Shown: positions 28,211-32,000 of the stretch, piece after piece
How the letters are laid out: the number at the start of each line of letters is the position of its first letter
Numbering within the stretch: position 1 is the first letter of the stretch
Assembly: GCF_036323395.1 (NCBI RefSeq)
Contig: NZ_AP028907.1
Location: 1,080,001-1,112,000 of the forward strand
Reading direction: 5' to 3'
DNA from: Pyrodictium abyssi
GTDB taxonomy: Archaea; Thermoproteota; Thermoprotei_A; Sulfolobales; Pyrodictiaceae
Length of the DNA: 32,000 bases
Translations under genes and position numbers: made by a program
Notes under the pieces: generated by a model
The model's input: the letters and a program-made list of their open reading frames with translations, nothing else
Told to the model about the DNA's origin: nothing
Databases searched by the model: none

Positions 28211-28372
28211 TCAAGTAGTAATTCTTTCCCTAATATTCCTCACTTTACGAGAAAACTCCTCTACCAGCCTTGACCAGGTTTCCTCAGCTTCACTAGTATA
28301 CTCCTTGATAATACGCTCTACTAGCTTGTGTAGCTCCTCCTGTAGGCGCCTATACCCATTAGGCCCGCTCAT
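28211..28372 (-). CDS. 53-aa small ORF between ATPase subunits D and K, not in the supplied ORF track
   Basis: Manual translation: MSGPNGYRRLQEELHKLVERIIKEYTSEAEETWSRLVEEFSRKVRNIRERITT*; start overlaps the D gene 3' end by 14 nt. Confidence 0.6.
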   Translation of the reverse strand: MSGPNGYRRLQEELHKLVERIIKEYTSEAEETWSRLVEEFSRKVRNIRERITT

Positions 28373-28976
28373 TGCCCTGAGCCCTAAGCATGTTCTTGAG
28401 CACGAGTTTTATTGTAACCTCGTAGCGCTCGTAATCGTCGAGCATCTCTTCAAGGTACTTTACTCGCTGCATCATCCTGGGTATGTGTATGTGTTCGAGG
28501 ATGTTGAGTATCCTCTGGTAGAAGGCTAGCAGCTCTATGTCACGGAATAGAGTCTGCTCTAAACTAGCTAGCTCCGCCAGGGCGTTATGTAGTCTACAGA
28601 GCCTCTCGACGACATCATCTAGTACCGGCCATGTAGCTGTAAGACTGTAGGAGGGTACGTCGCTAACCCTGCAAACCCCTTCCCCCTTATACCGGGGGAC
28701 ACCATAGCGTATATGCTCCGTCAACACTATGAATGATGAGCCTAGGGGTGCACCGACGACCTCGCCGGGGCTGGACTCTCCGCGCGCCAAGAGATAGAGC
28801 CGGTAAAGGTCTCGGAGCTCATGTTCTATAATGCTACGCTTTTCCTCTAGCTCCCTTATAGAAGTCATTATCTCGCTTAGTAGTGCATCTCTAATCCTTT
28901 TAACTACCTCGTAAGACCTCCTGTAGTACTCCAGCTGCCGGCGAACTGTTAGCAGCTCGGACCGATTAACACCCAT
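28359..28976 (-). CDS. A/V-type ATP synthase subunit D
   Basis: Helical protein; C-terminal RRVKYLEE-like motif (RILNILEHIHIPRMMQRVKYLEEMLDDYERYEVTIKLVLKNML) typical of subunit D. Confidence 0.9.
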   Translation of the reverse strand: MGVNRSELLTVRRQLEYYRRSYEVVKRIRDALLSEIMTSIRELEEKRSIIEHELRDLYRLYLLARGESSPGEVVGAPLGSSFIVLTEHIRYGVPRYKGEGVCRVSDVPSYSLTATWPVLDDVVERLCRLHNALAELASLEQTLFRDIELLAFYQRILNILEHIHIPRMMQRVKYLEEMLDDYERYEVTIKLVLKNMLRAQGNERA

Positions 28977-28980
28977 TCCC

Positions 28981-30375
28981 CTAGCCCACCGCCTTCATAT
29001 ACTTCGATACCAGCTCGTCCGGTATACGTGTTAGCTCGCTCTCCGGTAGTATTGATAGTACCTCCCAGGCAATGTCGAGGGTCTCCTCTATGCTGCGGTT
29101 CTCGTAGAAGCCCTGCCTTATGAAGCGCTGCTCGAAGGCCTCGGCGAACCGCAGGTACTTCTTCTCGTCGGGGCCGAGAGCTGCCTCGCCTATTATCATG
29201 GCTAGGCTACGTACCTCTATAGCGCGGCTATAGGCTGCATGGAGCTGGTCAGCTACCGCCTGGTGGTCTTCTCTGGTTTTCCCGGGTCCGATGCCTTCCT
29301 TCATCAGCCTTGAGAGGCTCATTAGCACGTTTATCGGCGGGTAGATGCCGCGGTTGTGTAGCTCACGGCTAAGCACAATCTGGCCCTCAGTAATGTAGCC
29401 AGTCAAGTCCGGAATCGGGTGCGTGATATCATCGTTAGGCATCGTGAGTATAGGCATCTGGGTAATACTGCCCTTCCGCCCACGTATCCTGCCGGCACGC
29501 TCGTAGATACTCGCAAGATCGCTATACATGTAGCCAGGATAGCCTCGCCGACCACCCACCTCACGGCGCATAGCGCTTACCTCTTTTAGAGCCTCGCAGT
29601 AGTTGGTCATGTCGGTCAGTATGACTAGCACGTGCATGCCGTGGTTGAATGCTAAGTGCTCTGCTACTGTTAGTGCTATACGCGGTGTTACTAGCCTCTC
29701 TGCAGCAGGGTCGCTTGCAAGATTAATGAAGAGTACTGCCCGGTCTAGGGCGCCGCTTTTCTCGAACTCTTCACGGAAGTAGAGAGCCTCGTCATGCTTT
29801 ACACCTATAGCCGCGAAGACTATTGCGAAATCCTCTGCCTCTCCGGGCACAGTCGCCTGGCGGGCTATCTGCACGGCGAGCTTGTTGTGGGGTAGGCCAG
29901 CGCCGCTGAAAATCGGCAGCTTCTGGCCACGCACTAGCGTATTCAGCCCATCTATGGCCGATATACCCGTCTGGATGAAGTCGCGTGGGAACTCCCTCAT
30001 GTATGGGTTCAAGGGATAGCCGTTGATGTCCAGCGCGTCCTCTGGGGAGGGCGGAGGAGCGCCGTCGATGGGCTCCCCGATGCCGTTGAATATACGGCCG
30101 AGCATGTCGACTGATACGGGGTAAGTGTAGGCGCTGCCGAGGAACCGTACTGTAGCCGCTCCAGTAGAGAGGCCATGTGTCTCGCCGAATACCTGCACGA
30201 CGGCGAAGTTTCTGCCAACCTCTATTACCCTTCCTAGCCTCCGGTTGCCGCTATCGTCCTCTACTTCTACCAGCTCGTTGTACGCTACACGGTGGACTCT
30301 CTCAACCACCATTAGGGGGCCACGTATCCTCCTAACGCTCCTATACTCACGTATACCGTGGCTACCCTCGTTCAC
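28981..30375 (-). CDS. A/V-type ATP synthase subunit B
   Basis: [83 protein letters not shown]. Confidence 0.97.
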   Translation of the reverse strand: MNEGSHGIREYRSVRRIRGPLMVVERVHRVAYNELVEVEDDSGNRRLGRVIEVGRNFAVVQVFGETHGLSTGAATVRFLGSAYTYPVSVDMLGRIFNGIGEPIDGAPPPSPEDALDINGYPLNPYMREFPRDFIQTGISAIDGLNTLVRGQKLPIFSGAGLPHNKLAVQIARQATVPGEAEDFAIVFAAIGVKHDEALYFREEFEKSGALDRAVLFINLASDPAAERLVTPRIALTVAEHLAFNHGMHVLVILTDMTNYCEALKEVSAMRREVGGRRGYPGYMYSDLASIYERAGRIRGRKGSITQMPILTMPNDDITHPIPDLTGYITEGQIVLSRELHNRGIYPPINVLMSLSRLMKEGIGPGKTREDHQAVADQLHAAYSRAIEVRSLAMIIGEAALGPDEKKYLRFAEAFEQRFIRQGFYENRSIEETLDIAWEVLSILPESELTRIPDELVSKYMKAVG

Positions 30376-32000
30376 GGTGTCGCCACCTTCAGCCTCTCTA
30401 TCTCCTTTACAACCTCCTCTGCGAGCTCGTCTATCTTGTCGAGCTCGTCATCCCTGACTTCACGCTTAAGCGTCACAATCCTCTTTGTCAGGTAATGCTT
30501 CTTTAGAGTATCAACAGTGAGGCTTGGATTCTCCCTTAGCGCCGCGCGAGCAGCATCGTAGAACTCCAGTATAATGCTGAGAAGCTTCACCTGCTTCTCG
30601 GGCGACGAGAAAGCGTCTACTGGGTGAAAGGCGTTCTGCTGGAGGAACCCTTCCCGGAGCATCCATGCAGCCAGGAGTACGAGCTTATCCTCCTCCGAGA
30701 GCGCTTCTACGCCTATGACCCTGGCTAGCTCCCTTATACTCGCCTCGCGCTGGAGAATCTCGAGCGCCTGGCTCCGGATTTCGCTCCAGCGCGGAGCTAT
30801 GCGCTCCCACCAGTCCTTAACCCTATCCACGTATACCGAGTAGCTCAGCAGCCAGTTTATAGCCGGGTAGTGCCTGGAGTACGCTAGCTGCGTGTCTAGC
30901 GCCCAGAGGCTACCAACATACCTCAGAGTGTGGCTAGTAACGGGCTCCGAGTAGTCACCACCAGGCGGCGACACGGAGCCTATGACCGTGAGGCTCCCCT
31001 CCCTCTGCGGCCTCCCGAGACACTCGACACGGCCAGCACGCTCGTAGAACTCGGCTAGCCTCGAAGAGAGGTATGCAGGATACCCCTCTTCTCCCGGGAT
31101 CTCCTCGAGTCTTGCACTAACCTCACGTAGGGCCTCAGCCCAGCGGCTCGTAGAGTCGGCTGTGAGCAGTACGTGGTACCCCATGTCGCGGTAGTACTCG
31201 GCTATGGTTATACCCGTGTAGATGCTCGCCTCACGCGCCGCTACGGGCATGTTGCTTGTGTTGGCTATGAGGACTGTACGCTCCATCAAGGGTTTCCCGG
31301 TTGCAGGGTCCCTCAGCTTAGGGAATCTCTCGAGAAGCTCGGTCATCTCGTTGCCTCGCTCGCCACAGCCTACATGCACCACTATGTCTACGCGTGACCA
31401 GGAAGCCAGGGTCTGAAGCAAGACTGTCTTACCGGTCCCGAACCCGCCGGGGATAGCAGCTGTACCGCCGAGCGCCACGGGGAAGAAGGTATCAATCACC
31501 CTGACCCCGGTCACAAGGGGGAGCGATGGCTGCTTCTTCGCACGGAAGGGCCTCGGCTTCCTAACAGGCCATCTATGTACAAGCTTTACCTCAAAGCGTC
31601 TACCATTGCCCTCGACTACAGCTACTACGTCGTCTACCCTATAGTCACCCTCTGCCGCAAGCTCCCGCAGCCTACCGCGTACACCTGGCGGGACCATCAC
31701 GTAGTGTCGTACAAGACTAGTTTCCTCTACTACGCCCAGGACGTCTCCCGCCCCGACACCGTCTCCTAGAGCTACATGCTTTGACGGGGTGAAGTGCCAC
31801 CGCCGGTTCCTAGGAAGAGGCTCGACCCTCAGTCCGCGCTTAATCCAGGGCCCCGAGATATGGGCGAGAAGCGGGAGAGGCCTCTGAACGCCATCAAATA
31901 TCGTTGATAGTAGGCCAGGGCCTAGCTCTACACTAAACAATGCGCCAGTAAAGTAGGCGGGGTCGCCTGGCCGGAGCCCACTAGTATCCTCGTAGACCTG
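30372..32000 (-). CDS. A/V-type ATP synthase subunit A (5' end truncated by the window)
   Basis: [55 protein letters not shown]. The frame stays open from 31940 to the window edge ([20 protein letters not shown]). Confidence 0.97.
   Translation of the reverse strand, partial: QVYEDTSGLRPGDPAYFTGALFSVELGPGLLSTIFDGVQRPLPLLAHISGPWIKRGLRVEPLPRNRRWHFTPSKHVALGDGVGAGDVLGVVEETSLVRHYVMVPPGVRGRLRELAAEGDYRVDDVVAVVEGNGRRFEVKLVHRWPVRKPRPFRAKKQPSLPLVTGVRVIDTFFPVALGGTAAIPGGFGTGKTVLLQTLASWSRVDIVVHVGCGERGNEMTELLERFPKLRDPATGKPLMERTVLIANTSNMPVAAREASIYTGITIAEYYRDMGYHVLLTADSTSRWAEALREVSARLEEIPGEEGYPAYLSSRLAEFYERAGRVECLGRPQREGSLTVIGSVSPPGGDYSEPVTSHTLRYVGSLWALDTQLAYSRHYPAINWLLSYSVYVDRVKDWWERIAPRWSEIRSQALEILQREASIRELARVIGVEALSEEDKLVLLAAWMLREGFLQQNAFHPVDAFSSPEKQVKLLSIILEFYDAARAALRENPSLTVDTLKKHYLTKRIVTLKREVRDDELDKIDELAEEVVKEIERLKVATP

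Noticed and set aside
31940-31940. TTG 31940 as the true start of ATPase subunit A
   Set aside because: The frame stays open to the window edge with typical subunit A sequence ([19 protein letters not shown]), so the gene is truncated by the window.
1-32000. CRISPR array, tRNA, rRNA or transposase
   Set aside because: No regularly spaced direct repeats, no convincing TpsiC/anticodon-arm pattern, no rRNA-like sequence and no transposase or integrase signature seen by eye. tRNAscan-SE or an Infernal scan would be needed to be certain about small RNAs.

Overview
This is a GC-rich, gene-dense archaeal window with no rRNA, tRNA, CRISPR array or transposase that I can support. The gene content points to a hyperthermophilic crenarchaeon, probably Desulfurococcales or Pyrodictiaceae-like (inference). 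Confident content: CdvA and CdvB (ESCRT-III) near the left end; a CdvC/Vps4-type MIT-AAA ATPase 13 kb away at 16.1 kb; a lipoate locus (LplA-like ligase/transferase divergent from a LipS2-LipS1 radical SAM pair); an SPL-type radical SAM protein; two GNAT acetyltransferases; MarC; SdpI-like and CDP-alcohol phosphatidyltransferase membrane proteins; an aldo/keto reductase; an SDR oxidoreductase; an HEPN/MNT pair; and an A/V-type ATPase locus (coiled-coil stalk subunit and C on +; A, B, D, a 53-aa small ORF and K on -). Between about 8.2 and 14.2 kb an unusual number of genes are broken by frameshifts or stops: a CPBP protease, a radical SAM/SPASM protein that also lacks a cluster Cys, its neighbour, an AAA ATPase with a nuclease-like partner, and an unknown ORF. 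The most interesting leads are: (i) the AAA-ATPase plus small-partner remnant; (ii) a PflA-like radical SAM homologue beside lplA whose first cluster Cys is replaced by Ser; (iii) the split cdv locus; (iv) the unannotated 53-aa ORF between ATPase subunits D and K. I found no intact, clearly novel defence-type system. All family calls are by eye and need HMM confirmation.
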